A stretch of 32,000 bases of DNA from Saccharolobus solfataricus (GTDB lineage Archaea; Thermoproteota; Thermoprotei_A; Sulfolobales; Sulfolobaceae), in contig NZ_LT549890.1 of assembly GCF_900079115.1 (NCBI RefSeq), forward strand, positions 240,001-272,000, in the 5' to 3' direction. Shown here one piece after another: positions 17,980 to 28,168 of this stretch. The stretch's first letter is position 1. Each line of letters begins with the position of its first letter. The notes beneath the pieces were generated by a model. The model was given only the letters and a program-made list of their open reading frames with translations. It was not told where the DNA came from and searched no databases. A program made the position numbers and the translations under genes.

Positions 17980-19020
17980 ATGACTGAAGAAATAACACGG
18001 CTGAGGGAAGAAATAGATAAGGTAGACGAGCAGTTAGTAAAGTTACTCTCATATAGATTAGAATTATCTAGAAAAATAGGGAAAGCTAAGTCGAATTCTA
18101 ATATAAGTGTTACTGACGAGAATAGGGAAATGAAAGTTAGAGAAAAATGGATTGCTAACGCAAAAAAGTATAATATTCCAAATAGTCTGGTTGAATCTAT
18201 ATTGCCTTTGATTTTTTCTTATTCTAAACTAGTTCAGATTAACCCAGGAGAGAAAGAAAGAGTAGTAATATATGGATATGGCGGAATGGCTAAATCGATC
18301 GTTTCTATTCTTTCATTAGCTGGGCATGAAGTATCGATTACTGGAAGAGATTTAAGTAAAGCGGAGATGTTAGCTAATCAATTTAAATGTGTAAGTATGT
18401 CCTTATTAAAAGCAATAGATTGGGGGGATATAATTATATTTGCAATACCTCCTAGTGCAATATTAAATAATTCCGATGAATTATTTTCAAAGGCACTTAA
18501 AGATAAGATTGTTATGGATATTAGTTCTTCTAAATTTAAAATATTTGGCTTCCTAGAAGAATTATCTAGGAAACTAGAGTTTAGGTATATTTCTACACAT
18601 CCACTTTTCGGTCCTATTGAATACCCTATTGGAGAGAGAGTTGTAATTATACCTTCCAAAACTAGTTCTAATGATGATGTCATGAAGGTGGAGAATTTCT
18701 GGAGGAAAAGTGGTTTAGTACCCGTCATAACTGATGTTGAAACTCATGAAAAAGCAATGGCTATTGTTCAAGTTCTAACGCATTATTATCTTCTGGGTTT
18801 ATCAAACGCAATTGATACTTTATCGTTAGAGTTAGGTGTAGATTACAGTAATTTCCATACTACAAACTTTAGAGAATTAAACAAGATTTTAAAGCGGGTT
18901 AAAGATCTAAAAAATGTAATTACTGAAATACAAAATCAAAACCCTTATTCTTATAAAGTTAGAAATATAGGTTTAGAGGAGCTTAAAAAAATTAAAGAAG
19001 AATTAGAAGGAGGTAAATAG
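17980..19020 (+). CDS. tyrA: bifunctional chorismate mutase (AroQ type) / prephenate dehydrogenase
   Basis: The N-terminal about 85 aa (ITRLREEIDKVDEQLVKLLSYRLELSRKIGKAK) is an AroQ chorismate mutase helix bundle. It is followed by a Rossmann fold (VVIYGYGGMAKS) and a prephenate dehydrogenase core (STHPLFGP). Confidence 0.85.
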   Translation: MTEEITRLREEIDKVDEQLVKLLSYRLELSRKIGKAKSNSNISVTDENREMKVREKWIANAKKYNIPNSLVESILPLIFSYSKLVQINPGEKERVVIYGYGGMAKSIVSILSLAGHEVSITGRDLSKAEMLANQFKCVSMSLLKAIDWGDIIIFAIPPSAILNNSDELFSKALKDKIVMDISSSKFKIFGFLEELSRKLEFRYISTHPLFGPIEYPIGERVVIIPSKTSSNDDVMKVENFWRKSGLVPVITDVETHEKAMAIVQVLTHYYLLGLSNAIDTLSLELGVDYSNFHTTNFRELNKILKRVKDLKNVITEIQNQNPYSYKVRNIGLEELKKIKEELEGGK

Positions 19021-19021
19021 A

Positions 19022-20017
19022 ATGATCTTATATGTCCTTAAGGATAGAGCTGATTACTCTATACTAATAGAAAAGCTAAATGAAAACTCAGCATCTTTCA
19101 AGATATTAAACCTATATGGTAAAAACTTAATATTAGCATGGCCAGATCAGAACGTGAAAGGTATCATTGATAATAGTATAGAAATGGCTGTGGAAGTAAA
19201 GAAAAGCTATGTATTAGCTGGTAATGATTGGAAAAAGCAACCAACAGTGGTAAATGTAAAAGATGTAGAAATTGGAAGCAAAAAGGTAATAGTAGCTGCA
19301 GGTCCTTGTGCAGTAGAAAATGAAGAACAAGTCCTTACTACTGCTAAGGCTGTAAAAAGGGCTGGAGCATCATTACTTAGAGGAGGGGCTTACAAACCTA
19401 GGACAAGTCCATATTCCTTCCAAGGTCTCGGAGAAGAAGGGGTGAAAATCTTGAGGAGAGTAGGAGATGAAGTAGGCTTACCTATTGTCACAGAAATAAT
19501 GGATACAAGAGATTCCAATATATTTAGCCAATATGTTGATATGATACAGATTGGAGCCAGAAACGCACAGAACTTCTCTTTATTGAAGGAAGTTGGAAAG
19601 TTAGGTAAACCAGTACTACTTAAGCGAGGTATGGGAAATACAGTAGAGGAATGGCTTCAAGCTGCAGAGTACATTTTACTAGAGGGAAATGGCAATACAG
19701 TATTATGCGAAAGAGGAATAAGAACATTTGAAAAGTCAACTAGGTTTACGTTAGATATAGGTGGGATGGTAGCTGCTAAACTAATGACACATTTGCCCAT
19801 CTGTGCTGATCCAAGTCATCCTGCGGGAAAAAGAGAATTGGTACACTCTTTAGCACTAGCTGCAGTCGCTGCTGGTGCGGATATGTTATTAATTGAAGTT
19901 CATCCACATCCAGAAAAGGCATTAAGTGATTCAGAGCAACAACTTACACCGGAATCATTCGAAGTTCTAATGAATCGAATTAGAACGCTAGCTAGAGCTT
20001 TAGGGAGAGATGCATGA
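19022..20017 (+). CDS. aroG: 3-deoxy-7-phosphoheptulonate (DAHP) synthase, type I-beta, with an N-terminal regulatory extension
   Basis: Core blocks: [39 protein letters not shown] and CADPSH. About 70 extra N-terminal residues precede the barrel. Confidence 0.9.
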   Translation: MILYVLKDRADYSILIEKLNENSASFKILNLYGKNLILAWPDQNVKGIIDNSIEMAVEVKKSYVLAGNDWKKQPTVVNVKDVEIGSKKVIVAAGPCAVENEEQVLTTAKAVKRAGASLLRGGAYKPRTSPYSFQGLGEEGVKILRRVGDEVGLPIVTEIMDTRDSNIFSQYVDMIQIGARNAQNFSLLKEVGKLGKPVLLKRGMGNTVEEWLQAAEYILLEGNGNTVLCERGIRTFEKSTRFTLDIGGMVAAKLMTHLPICADPSHPAGKRELVHSLALAAVAAGADMLLIEVHPHPEKALSDSEQQLTPESFEVLMNRIRTLARALGRDA

Positions 20018-21078
20018 GGGAAATCTTAGAAGATATTTGTTGCTCTGAAGTAAGAGTAGTAGTAGGAGAGGGATCACTTTCAAAATTATCTAAGATTAAA
20101 GACAATAACGCTGCAGTTATCTATTCAAGAAAAATTAGTATAGCAGATAAAATTAATAAATATTTACCAAATGCATACTTCATCCCAATTAATGATGGTG
20201 AAAGTACTAAAGAATTATCTAGTGTAATATCTTTAGTAGAAAAGCTATTTGAAAAGAATTTCGATAGGGGGGATTATATTATAGGTGTTGGTGGTGGAAC
20301 GGTAACTGATGTAGCTGGTTTCTTAGCATCTATATATTTAAGAGGATTAAATCTGATAAACGTACCAACGACCTTCTTAGGCATGGTCGATGCAGCAATA
20401 GGGGGTAAGAATGGAGTAAATTTCAATAATATAAAGAACTTAATTGGAACATTCTATCAACCAAGTATGATAATTTCCGATTTAGAATTTTTGGAAACTC
20501 TACCAATAGAAGAACTAAAGAAGGGATTAGCTGAAGTAATTAAATATGGCTTAACTTTAGATAAAGAATTATATGATTACTTGTCTTTAAATAAGGAGAA
20601 GATACTAAATAAAGATAAACAAGCATTAGAAGATATAATCTTTAGATCTACACTTGATAAACTAAGTATTGTAAAAGAAGATGAGAGAGAGACTAAAGGA
20701 ATACGAATAGTTCTAAATTTCGGCCATACGATAGGTCATGCTATAGAAGCTGGATCCTCTTTTAATGTTCCACATGGCTACGCTATCTCTGTAGGAATGG
20801 TTTGTGAGGCTAAGATGGCGGAAGAGTTAGGTTATGCAGAGGAAGGAGTAGTAGAAGATGTGTTATGGCTATTACAGATTTATGGTTTACCTTACGATAT
20901 ATCTCAAATAGATGCCCCAGTAGATCTTAAACTAGCATTAAATGCTATTAATATGGATAAAAAACATAGGAAAGATGTAATTTTGATACCGTTTCCTACT
21001 AGAATAGGTAGCTGGAAAAAAGTTGAAGTTCCTCTAGATACCGTAAAGGGGTTTGCCGAACAATGCTTGAAGAAATAA
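20014..21078 (+). CDS. aroB: 3-dehydroquinate synthase
   Basis: [41 protein letters not shown] and [10 protein letters not shown] motifs. ATGA overlap with aroG. Confidence 0.9.
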   Translation: MREILEDICCSEVRVVVGEGSLSKLSKIKDNNAAVIYSRKISIADKINKYLPNAYFIPINDGESTKELSSVISLVEKLFEKNFDRGDYIIGVGGGTVTDVAGFLASIYLRGLNLINVPTTFLGMVDAAIGGKNGVNFNNIKNLIGTFYQPSMIISDLEFLETLPIEELKKGLAEVIKYGLTLDKELYDYLSLNKEKILNKDKQALEDIIFRSTLDKLSIVKEDERETKGIRIVLNFGHTIGHAIEAGSSFNVPHGYAISVGMVCEAKMAEELGYAEEGVVEDVLWLLQIYGLPYDISQIDAPVDLKLALNAINMDKKHRKDVILIPFPTRIGSWKKVEVPLDTVKGFAEQCLKK

Positions 21079-21872
21079 ATTATGATACTAAGTTATTCGG
21101 TCTAATAGGTAAAAACATAAAGTACACGCTATCCCCTTATATTCATAATTTCTCATTTAGAACACTAGGAATAAATGCAGTTTATCTAGTTTTTGATCTC
21201 GACGAAATGAAATTCAAGCGTAGTATTAGTGGGATATTGGAAATTGCAGAAGGACTTAATGTTACGATACCGTATAAGGATGAAGTAATGAAATATTTGG
21301 ATAATACTGATACGCACTCCACGAGAATTCAAGCTGTAAATACAATATATAAAAAAAGTGGTTATAACACTGATTATTTAGCAATAAAAAATCTTGTAAG
21401 AAAGAAGATTAAGAATGTATCTGGCTACGAATGTTACATATATGGGGCTGGAGGTGCAGCAAAAGCAGCAGCTTTTGCGTTATCTGAATTAGGATGCTCT
21501 AGTATTAGTATTGTGAATAGAACAAAATCAAGGGCTTATGAGTTAGCTGAATTATTAAATAAGAACGGTTATAACGCGTCAATTAAAGAGAATTGCAACA
21601 TTACAAATAATATACTTATTGTCAATAGCACTCCTAATTCTTCTGTAGTCCCAGAGGACTGTGTTAAAAAATCTGATCTTGTTATAGAATTTGTTTATAG
21701 ACCAGTTGAGACTGAGTTAATTAAAAATGCTAAAAAATATGGTATACAATATATAAACGGTCTAGAAATTTTAGTGAATCAAGCTGTAGAAGCGGAGAAG
21801 ATATGGTTTAATAAGAGTGTGGCAGATGAAAAGATTATAGAGTATCTTTATGCCAGGGAACTCGTTTGGTAA
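21063..21872 (+). CDS. aroE: shikimate 5-dehydrogenase
   Basis: [28 protein letters not shown] and the Rossmann motif YGAGGAAKA. Confidence 0.9.
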   Translation: MLEEINYDTKLFGLIGKNIKYTLSPYIHNFSFRTLGINAVYLVFDLDEMKFKRSISGILEIAEGLNVTIPYKDEVMKYLDNTDTHSTRIQAVNTIYKKSGYNTDYLAIKNLVRKKIKNVSGYECYIYGAGGAAKAAAFALSELGCSSISIVNRTKSRAYELAELLNKNGYNASIKENCNITNNILIVNSTPNSSVVPEDCVKKSDLVIEFVYRPVETELIKNAKKYGIQYINGLEILVNQAVEAEKIWFNKSVADEKIIEYLYARELVW

Positions 21873-23025
21873 ACTATTTAGAATAACCACTTTTGGAGAG
21901 AGCCATGGTCCTGCAGTAGGTGTAGTCATAGACGGTGTTCCTGCCGGTTTACCATTAACTGTTGAAGATATAAAGTTCGAATTAGAATTTAGAAGACCAG
22001 GTAGACTATACGTTTCTGGAAGGAGAGAAAAAGATGAGCCGGAAATATTAAGTGGGATCTTTAATAATAGAACTACCGGATCTCCAATAGCAGTTATAGT
22101 ACGAAATACTGATGTAATATCAAGTTTTTATGACGAGATTAAATATAAACCAAGACCAGGACATGCAGACCTTCCATTTATAATGAAATATGGATATGAA
22201 AATTGGGATTATAGGGGAGGTGGAAGAGCAAGTGCTAGAGAAACTGTAAGTAGAGTTATAGCTGGTGCAGTAGCTAAGAAGTTACTTATGCTAACAGATA
22301 CTTGGATAGCTGGCCATCTTAGAAGTTTAGGCCCAGAAGAGTTGAGTGAAGAGGTAACATTTGAGGAGGTTCTATGCTCAAAATATAGCCCAGTAAGAGC
22401 TAGTAAAAAAGACCTTGAGGAAAAATATGAAGCATTAATAAAGAAAGCTACTCAAGAAGGGGATAGCTATGGCGGAATAGCTGAAGTAATAGCCAAGAAT
22501 CCACCAATAGGTTTAGGAGAACCAGTCTTTGATAAGATGAAAGCTGAATTGGCTAAAGCAATAATGTCGATCCCTGCTGTGATGGGCTTCGAGTATGGTT
22601 TAGGTTTTATTGCTAGTAAAATGAAAGGAAGTGAGGCTAATGACGAGATTATAAGAAAGAATAATAGAATTGGCTGGAAGTACAATTACGCTGGAGGCAT
22701 TTTAGGTGGTTTAACAAATGGTGAAGATCTTATAGTGAGATGTGCATTTAAACCTACTAGCTCGATTAGAAAGCCTCAAAAGACCATAGATTTAAGGAAC
22801 TTAGAGGAGAGTTATATTTCAGTAATTGGCAGACACGACCCAGCTGTAGCAATTAGGGGAGTTACTGTTGTAGAATCAATGGTAGCGTTAACCATAGTAG
22901 ACCATGCAATGCGTGCAGGAGCTATTCCACTAGTTAAACTTACAGAGGACCAAGCTAATACAATACAGCAACGTTGGGAGAGGTATGTGAAATCATGCAA
23001 GCCTATGGAGGAGTCTCAATCGTAA
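21850..23025 (+). CDS. aroC: chorismate synthase
   Basis: [31 protein letters not shown] and RHDPAV signatures. Confidence 0.95.
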   Translation: MPGNSFGKLFRITTFGESHGPAVGVVIDGVPAGLPLTVEDIKFELEFRRPGRLYVSGRREKDEPEILSGIFNNRTTGSPIAVIVRNTDVISSFYDEIKYKPRPGHADLPFIMKYGYENWDYRGGGRASARETVSRVIAGAVAKKLLMLTDTWIAGHLRSLGPEELSEEVTFEEVLCSKYSPVRASKKDLEEKYEALIKKATQEGDSYGGIAEVIAKNPPIGLGEPVFDKMKAELAKAIMSIPAVMGFEYGLGFIASKMKGSEANDEIIRKNNRIGWKYNYAGGILGGLTNGEDLIVRCAFKPTSSIRKPQKTIDLRNLEESYISVIGRHDPAVAIRGVTVVESMVALTIVDHAMRAGAIPLVKLTEDQANTIQQRWERYVKSCKPMEESQS

Positions 23026-23801
23026 ACGCACTACCATCTTGGTATGGCTCATCTATGGCAATCAATTTGAAGGTAAAAGTAGAAATTAGAGAAGGTAAGA
23101 GAGTTTATTCTCAAGAGAGTGAACTAATTAAGACCATTCTTAATTACTTTAAAGAAAAATATTCAATACCGGATATTGAAGTTGATATTGAATCTGAACT
23201 TCCACAAAAGAGTGGACTAAAAAGCAGTAGTGCAGTTTCTGTAGCCCTAATAGCGGAGATTGCAAAGCAATATGATCTAAGGAATATTAACCCTCCAATA
23301 TTATCTGCGATACTTTCACTGAAAGCTGGAGTGTCATATACCGGGGCACTTGATGATGCAGTTGCATCATATTGTGGAGGAATAGCATTCACTTATAATA
23401 AGATGTTTAGAATAGTAAAGTTAGAGAATCTTGAGGATAATTTATCGATCCTCATATTAGCTAAGGGAGGGAGACAAAAACCTGTTAATCTAAACGAGCT
23501 AAGAAAATATAGTCACGTCTTTGAAGAAATTTTTAAGATAGCACTTAAGGATTACTTGACTGCTATGAAGATGAATGGAATATTGATTGCTAATATTTTA
23601 GGCTATTCATTAGAACCAATAGAAATTGCACTGAAAAAAGGAGCGTTAGCTGCCGGGATTAGTGGAAATGGGCCTTCATATTTTGCAGTTTCTAAGAATG
23701 GAGAAGAAGGTCCGATATACGAAAGTCTTAAGAAATTTGGAGATGTTATTATAGTTAGGCCTGTAAGTCTTGATTGTAAAGATTTATCCATCAAAGATTA
23801 G
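22995..23801 (+). CDS. aroK: shikimate kinase, archaeal GHMP-kinase type
   Basis: GHMP motif: [16 protein letters not shown]. The N-terminus [13 protein letters not shown] parallels the Methanocaldococcus-type archaeal shikimate kinase. The position within the aro operon supports the call. The ORF track lists TTG 22974. Confidence 0.8.
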   Translation: MQAYGGVSIVNALPSWYGSSMAINLKVKVEIREGKRVYSQESELIKTILNYFKEKYSIPDIEVDIESELPQKSGLKSSSAVSVALIAEIAKQYDLRNINPPILSAILSLKAGVSYTGALDDAVASYCGGIAFTYNKMFRIVKLENLEDNLSILILAKGGRQKPVNLNELRKYSHVFEEIFKIALKDYLTAMKMNGILIANILGYSLEPIEIALKKGALAAGISGNGPSYFAVSKNGEEGPIYESLKKFGDVIIVRPVSLDCKDLSIKD

Positions 23802-25014
23802 TGGAATAATAAAAGCTCCTCAATCAAAAAGTCTAGCTATTAGGTTAATTTTTCTTTCACTTTTCACTAGAGTATATCTTCATAACTTAGTTCTATCGGA
23901 AGATGTTATAGACGCTATAAAATCAGTAAGAGCATTAGGAGTAAAGGTAAAAAACAATTCTGAATTTATACCTCCAGAGAAATTAGAAATTAAGGAGAGG
24001 TTTATAAAATTAAAAGGTTCCGCTACTACTCTTAGAATGCTTATTCCAATATTAGCCGCAATAGGCGGAGAAGTGACAATTGATGCAGATGAGAGTTTAA
24101 GAAGGAGACCTTTAAACAGAATCGTACAAGCATTAAGTAACTACGGTATATCCTTTTCTTCTTACAGTTTGCCTTTGACTATCACGGGAAAGTTAAGTAG
24201 TAATGAGATAAAGATTTCTGGTGATGAGAGTAGTCAATATATTTCTGGCTTAATATACGCACTTCATATTCTAAATGGCGGTAGTATTGAAATATTGCCC
24301 CCCATTTCATCTAAAAGTTATATTCTGCTTACAATAGATTTATTTAAGAGATTTGGTTCTGATGTTAAGTTTTATGGTAGTAAGATTCATGTTAATCCCA
24401 ATAATTTGGTTGAATTTCAAGGCGAAGTGGCGGGAGATTATGGTTTAGCCTCGTTTTACGCGCTTTCTGCATTAGTTAGTGGTGGAGGAATTACAATAAC
24501 TAATTTGTGGGAGCCGAAGGAATATTTTGGTGATCATAGTATTGTTAAAATATTTAGTGAGATGGGCGCTTCCAGTGAATATAAAGACGGTAGATGGTTT
24601 GTCAAGGCTAAAGATAAATATTCTCCCATAAAAATTGATATAGATGACGCACCTGACCTGGCTATGACAATTGCGGGATTATCTGCAATAGCGGAGGGAA
24701 CAAGTGAAATTATAGGGATCGAAAGATTGAGGATTAAGGAAAGTGATAGAATTGAAAGTATAAGGAAAATCTTAGGATTATATGGTGTAGGTAGTGAAGT
24801 AAAGTATAATTCTATTCTGATATTCGGAATTAACAAGGGTATGTTAAACTCTCCAGTTACAGACTGTTTGAATGATCACAGAGTTGCTATGATGTCGTCA
24901 GCCTTAGCTTTAGTGAATGGTGGGGTAATTACATCAGCTGAATGTGTAGGTAAAAGTAATCCTAATTACTGGCAAGATTTATTATCACTAAATGCGAAGA
25001 TTTCTATTGAATGA
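23770..25014 (+). CDS. aroA: 3-phosphoshikimate 1-carboxyvinyltransferase (EPSP synthase)
   Basis: [33 protein letters not shown] and NDHRVAMM blocks. TTG start, 32-nt overlap with aroK. Confidence 0.9.
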   Translation: MIVKIYPSKISGIIKAPQSKSLAIRLIFLSLFTRVYLHNLVLSEDVIDAIKSVRALGVKVKNNSEFIPPEKLEIKERFIKLKGSATTLRMLIPILAAIGGEVTIDADESLRRRPLNRIVQALSNYGISFSSYSLPLTITGKLSSNEIKISGDESSQYISGLIYALHILNGGSIEILPPISSKSYILLTIDLFKRFGSDVKFYGSKIHVNPNNLVEFQGEVAGDYGLASFYALSALVSGGGITITNLWEPKEYFGDHSIVKIFSEMGASSEYKDGRWFVKAKDKYSPIKIDIDDAPDLAMTIAGLSAIAEGTSEIIGIERLRIKESDRIESIRKILGLYGVGSEVKYNSILIFGINKGMLNSPVTDCLNDHRVAMMSSALALVNGGVITSAECVGKSNPNYWQDLLSLNAKISIE

Positions 25015-25673
25015 GACCATTAATTGTAGCTTCATTACCAATTAAAAAGATAGAAGACTTAAAACTTATAGAAAATTTTTTAGATGCAGATCTAATAGAA
25101 CTAAGACTTGATTATCTAAGAGAAAGAGAAGTCAGTTTGATATCTGACTATTATGAATTTTTAGATAAATATAAAAAGAAGTTAATAGTAACGTTAAGAG
25201 ATAAAGGGGAGGGAGGAATAAATCAATTAGCGGATGAATTAAAGATAAAAATTTTAAATGAACTCTACGAGAGACAATATCTGTATGATATAGAGGTTTC
25301 ATTTCTTCAAAAATATGATATACCATACGATAATAGGATAGTTTCTGTCCACTATTTTAATTATCTTCCAACTCTAGAGAAGATAAAGGAAATTGTTAGC
25401 AAGTTTTCCGAAAAAGCGTTCAGCGTTAAGATTGCAGTTCCTAGTCTAAAAGGATATAAGGAGGTACTCTTACCTCTTCTTGAATATGAAAACGTAACCG
25501 TAATTCCAATGAGTAATAATTCTTTAGAGAGGATCGCAGTGGGTCTACTGGGCTCAAAGTTAGTTTATTCGTACGCAATTGAACCTTTAGCACAAGGGCA
25601 ACTTTACTATAAAAAAGTTATCCAGATTTTTAATTATATTAACGATATAACAACTTCATCTTTAGTTACTTGA
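25011..25673 (+). CDS. aroD: 3-dehydroquinate dehydratase, type I
   Basis: 220 aa. IVASLP...[10 protein letters not shown] and ...SVKIAV (the Schiff-base Lys region) are consistent with type I DHQase. ATGA overlap with aroA. Confidence 0.8.
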   Translation: MRPLIVASLPIKKIEDLKLIENFLDADLIELRLDYLREREVSLISDYYEFLDKYKKKLIVTLRDKGEGGINQLADELKIKILNELYERQYLYDIEVSFLQKYDIPYDNRIVSVHYFNYLPTLEKIKEIVSKFSEKAFSVKIAVPSLKGYKEVLLPLLEYENVTVIPMSNNSLERIAVGLLGSKLVYSYAIEPLAQGQLYYKKVIQIFNYINDITTSSLVT

Positions 25674-25948
25674 ACTCTGTATACTTTTATAGGCTTTTTG
25701 GAAGCTCCCTTTTTAGGTTCTCCACTATATATAGAAAAATGAGAAAAGTGACATTGACATACTAATTCTTCTTTTATGATAACGCCATATTTTGAAAGAT
25801 CACAACCTAAATGCGGGCATTTATTATCAAAAACAAAAAATCTATCTACTCCTAGATAAAAAACGACTAATTCACGTCCATTAGGCAGTATAATTTTTCT
25901 CTTTTCACCAGTCTTAAAATCAGTTCTACTTATCCTTATATACTCCAC
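25634..25948 (-). CDS. small Rieske [2Fe-2S] domain protein
   Basis: CPHLGC...CQCHFSHF is the Rieske CxH...CxxH ligand pattern. 104 aa with a GTG start. Confidence 0.8.
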   Translation of the reverse strand: MEYIRISRTDFKTGEKRKIILPNGRELVVFYLGVDRFFVFDNKCPHLGCDLSKYGVIIKEELVCQCHFSHFSIYSGEPKKGASKKPIKVYRVQVTKDEVVISLI

Positions 25949-26213
25949 GACTTTAATTATGAGCTAACGGAGAAATTAAAGCAAACTATGTGTTAAGCAT
26001 AAAAATAAGACTCTTATATAATAACATAACTTTAATAGAGTTATTGCTCTAAAAGGTAATGCCAAAATTCTTCCTTATAGGTCATTTAATCTTGATAATC
26101 AAATGGCAAGATTTAAACATAATAGGTGTAGAATAATAAAAACTGCTTAAAAGATTATGAACAAACAATTTATAAGATTGGGAGCAAAATAAGTAGATTA
26201 GAGGAAATCGAAG

Positions 26214-26507
26214 ATGTTAGAAATAAGTGAGGATCTTAAAGCAAAGCTTGATTATAGAATCTTTGAGATAGTTCAAAACTCACCTACTACCGAAATTAGA
26301 GCCATAATCATAACCTCTTTACCACCGTCAAGTGAGATATTAAATGAGGTCCAAAAAGAATCATTAAAGATAGAAAGAGTATTTAATATAATGAACGTCA
26401 TTAAAGTCAGAGGAAAAGCAAAGACTATTGCATCCTTACTAGATAAATCCTTTGTGAAGTATATAATGCTAGAAGAAGTTATAGTAAACACTCCACAATT
26501 AATCTAA
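26214..26507 (+). CDS. hypothetical 97-aa protein, stop adjacent to the XPD start
   Basis: ATG ORF. Its stop (TAA 26505-26507) is followed immediately by the XPD GTG at 26509. The beta-alpha-beta-like pattern (IRAIIITSL...LKIERVFNIMNVIKVRG...IASLLDKSFVKYIMLEE) is vaguely reminiscent of peptidase-S8 propeptide (I9)-like domains. The resemblance is weak. Confidence 0.5.
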   Translation: MLEISEDLKAKLDYRIFEIVQNSPTTEIRAIIITSLPPSSEILNEVQKESLKIERVFNIMNVIKVRGKAKTIASLLDKSFVKYIMLEEVIVNTPQLI

Positions 26508-26508
26508 T

Positions 26509-28161
26509 GTGGAACTTAGAGAGTGGCAAAGCAAAATAGCTGAGAAAATTGTAGAAGCATTAAGAAATAATTTTTTAGTTTCATTGCAAGCTCCTACGGG
26601 TAGTGGTAAGACTTTATTTGCACTTTACACTGCTCTTAAGGTTAAGCCAAAAGTAGCGTTTGTTGTAAGAACTCATAACGAATTTTTCCCAGTTTACAGA
26701 GAACTATCTTTACACTTTAAGGATAAAAAATACGGATTTTTAGTAGGTAAATCCTCTGCGTGTGTTTTTAGTTCATCTGACGTTGATGCTCAAGATATAT
26801 ATTGTAATGGATGTGAAATTTTTAACGCGTCCGCAGTTACCGTAACTGATTCGCCAAAGGTAAGTCTGAATAAGCTAAAGGAGGAGGGTAAAAAATTAGG
26901 ATTTTGCCCTTATTATTCTCTTCTGGAGACCATAAAAACCGCTGATGTGATATTACTCACATATCCTTATCTGTTTATACCTTGGCTTAGAGAATCTTTA
27001 GATATTAATTGGGAGGACTATGTTGTTATAGTAGACGAGGCTCATAATATAGAGAACGTTTCTAATATAGAAGAGAAAAAACTAAACAAAAGAATTATAG
27101 AGATGGCAATTTCCCAATCTCACTCACAAAATGTGAAAGTAATATTGGAAAGACTTAAGGAAAATGTTGAAAAGGCAGTTTATTCAGAGGATAAATATAT
27201 ACTTATTGAAAAGGATAAATTAGACAATATACTACCTTCTAATGAAGAAATCGAGATTTTATCGGAAGAATATGATGAAATTAGGAAGATTATGATAAAA
27301 AATAAGACGGTAAGTAGGAATTATCTCGGATCGATTTTGAGGTTTTTTGATTTAGTTAATGATGAAGGAATTAGAGTTTTTTCATATTCTGGTTCCTTGA
27401 TTGCAAAATATATAATACCCTCTTACTTTACTGATATACTTAACGATGAGAAAATTACGTATATGCTGATGTCCGGTACTATGCAACCCTTAGATTATCT
27501 TAGAAATATTATAGGAATTAAAAGGAAAATATTATATATTGATGCAGAAAAGGTTATGAAAAAAAGATTAACTGGGACATATGAGTGTCTTATATCTATT
27601 GATGTTACAACTACTTATAGTTTAAGATCGGAACAAATGGCACGTAAATATGCATCATATTTACTAAAAATTTTCTATAATTCTAGAAGACATGTTCTAG
27701 CTATATTTCCTAGCTATGAATTTATGAGAATAGTATCTAAATTTCTAAATATAAGATATTTGGCAGAAGATACAGAAACTAGTATCGAAGAGATAATGAG
27801 CAATCTGAAAAAAGAAAAAACAATTATCATGGGTATAGCAAGGGGTAAGTTAGCTGAAGGAATTGAAATAGTTGAAAATGGATCTAGTCTAATATCAGAT
27901 GTGGCAATGGTAGGTATCCCTTATCCTCCAATAGATGATTACTTAAAGATACGAGTTGAGGAGATATCAAAAATCTTGAAAAAGGATATTAGTAACGAAT
28001 TAATCAGTATACAAGCATTAATTGCTGTAAAACAATCCATAGGTAGGGCCATAAGGGGTCCAACGGATAATGCAACTATATGGCTTCTTGATAAAAGATA
28101 TGATAGTCTATGGTGGAAGAAAGAACTTAATTGCTTGAATGCAAGGAAAATTAAACTGTGA
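26509..28161 (+). CDS. xpd: XPD/Rad3-family 5'-3' DNA helicase (4Fe-4S cluster SF2 helicase)
   Basis: Walker A: APTGSGKT. DEAH box: VDEAHN. FeS-domain cysteines: SSACVF, CNGCE, FCPYY. C-terminal motifs: GKLAEGIE and QSIGRAIRG. Collinear with the S. acidocaldarius XPD sequence as I recall it. GTG start. Confidence 0.9.
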   Translation: MELREWQSKIAEKIVEALRNNFLVSLQAPTGSGKTLFALYTALKVKPKVAFVVRTHNEFFPVYRELSLHFKDKKYGFLVGKSSACVFSSSDVDAQDIYCNGCEIFNASAVTVTDSPKVSLNKLKEEGKKLGFCPYYSLLETIKTADVILLTYPYLFIPWLRESLDINWEDYVVIVDEAHNIENVSNIEEKKLNKRIIEMAISQSHSQNVKVILERLKENVEKAVYSEDKYILIEKDKLDNILPSNEEIEILSEEYDEIRKIMIKNKTVSRNYLGSILRFFDLVNDEGIRVFSYSGSLIAKYIIPSYFTDILNDEKITYMLMSGTMQPLDYLRNIIGIKRKILYIDAEKVMKKRLTGTYECLISIDVTTTYSLRSEQMARKYASYLLKIFYNSRRHVLAIFPSYEFMRIVSKFLNIRYLAEDTETSIEEIMSNLKKEKTIIMGIARGKLAEGIEIVENGSSLISDVAMVGIPYPPIDDYLKIRVEEISKILKKDISNELISIQALIAVKQSIGRAIRGPTDNATIWLLDKRYDSLWWKKELNCLNARKIKL

Positions 28162-28168
28162 AATAGAA

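Noticed and set aside
18671-18734. Possible C/D-box sRNA (atgatga ... ctga) inside tyrA
   Set aside because: There are no convincing internal D'/C' boxes and no terminal stem. It lies inside a well-supported coding region. Such short motifs are expected by chance in AT-rich DNA.
25949-26213. 265-bp intergenic region between the Rieske gene and orf97, examined for ncRNA, MITEs or repeats
   Set aside because: I found only AT-rich promoter-like sequence with trivial 4-6 bp palindromes. There is no GC-rich structured segment, no C/D boxes and no terminal inverted repeats.
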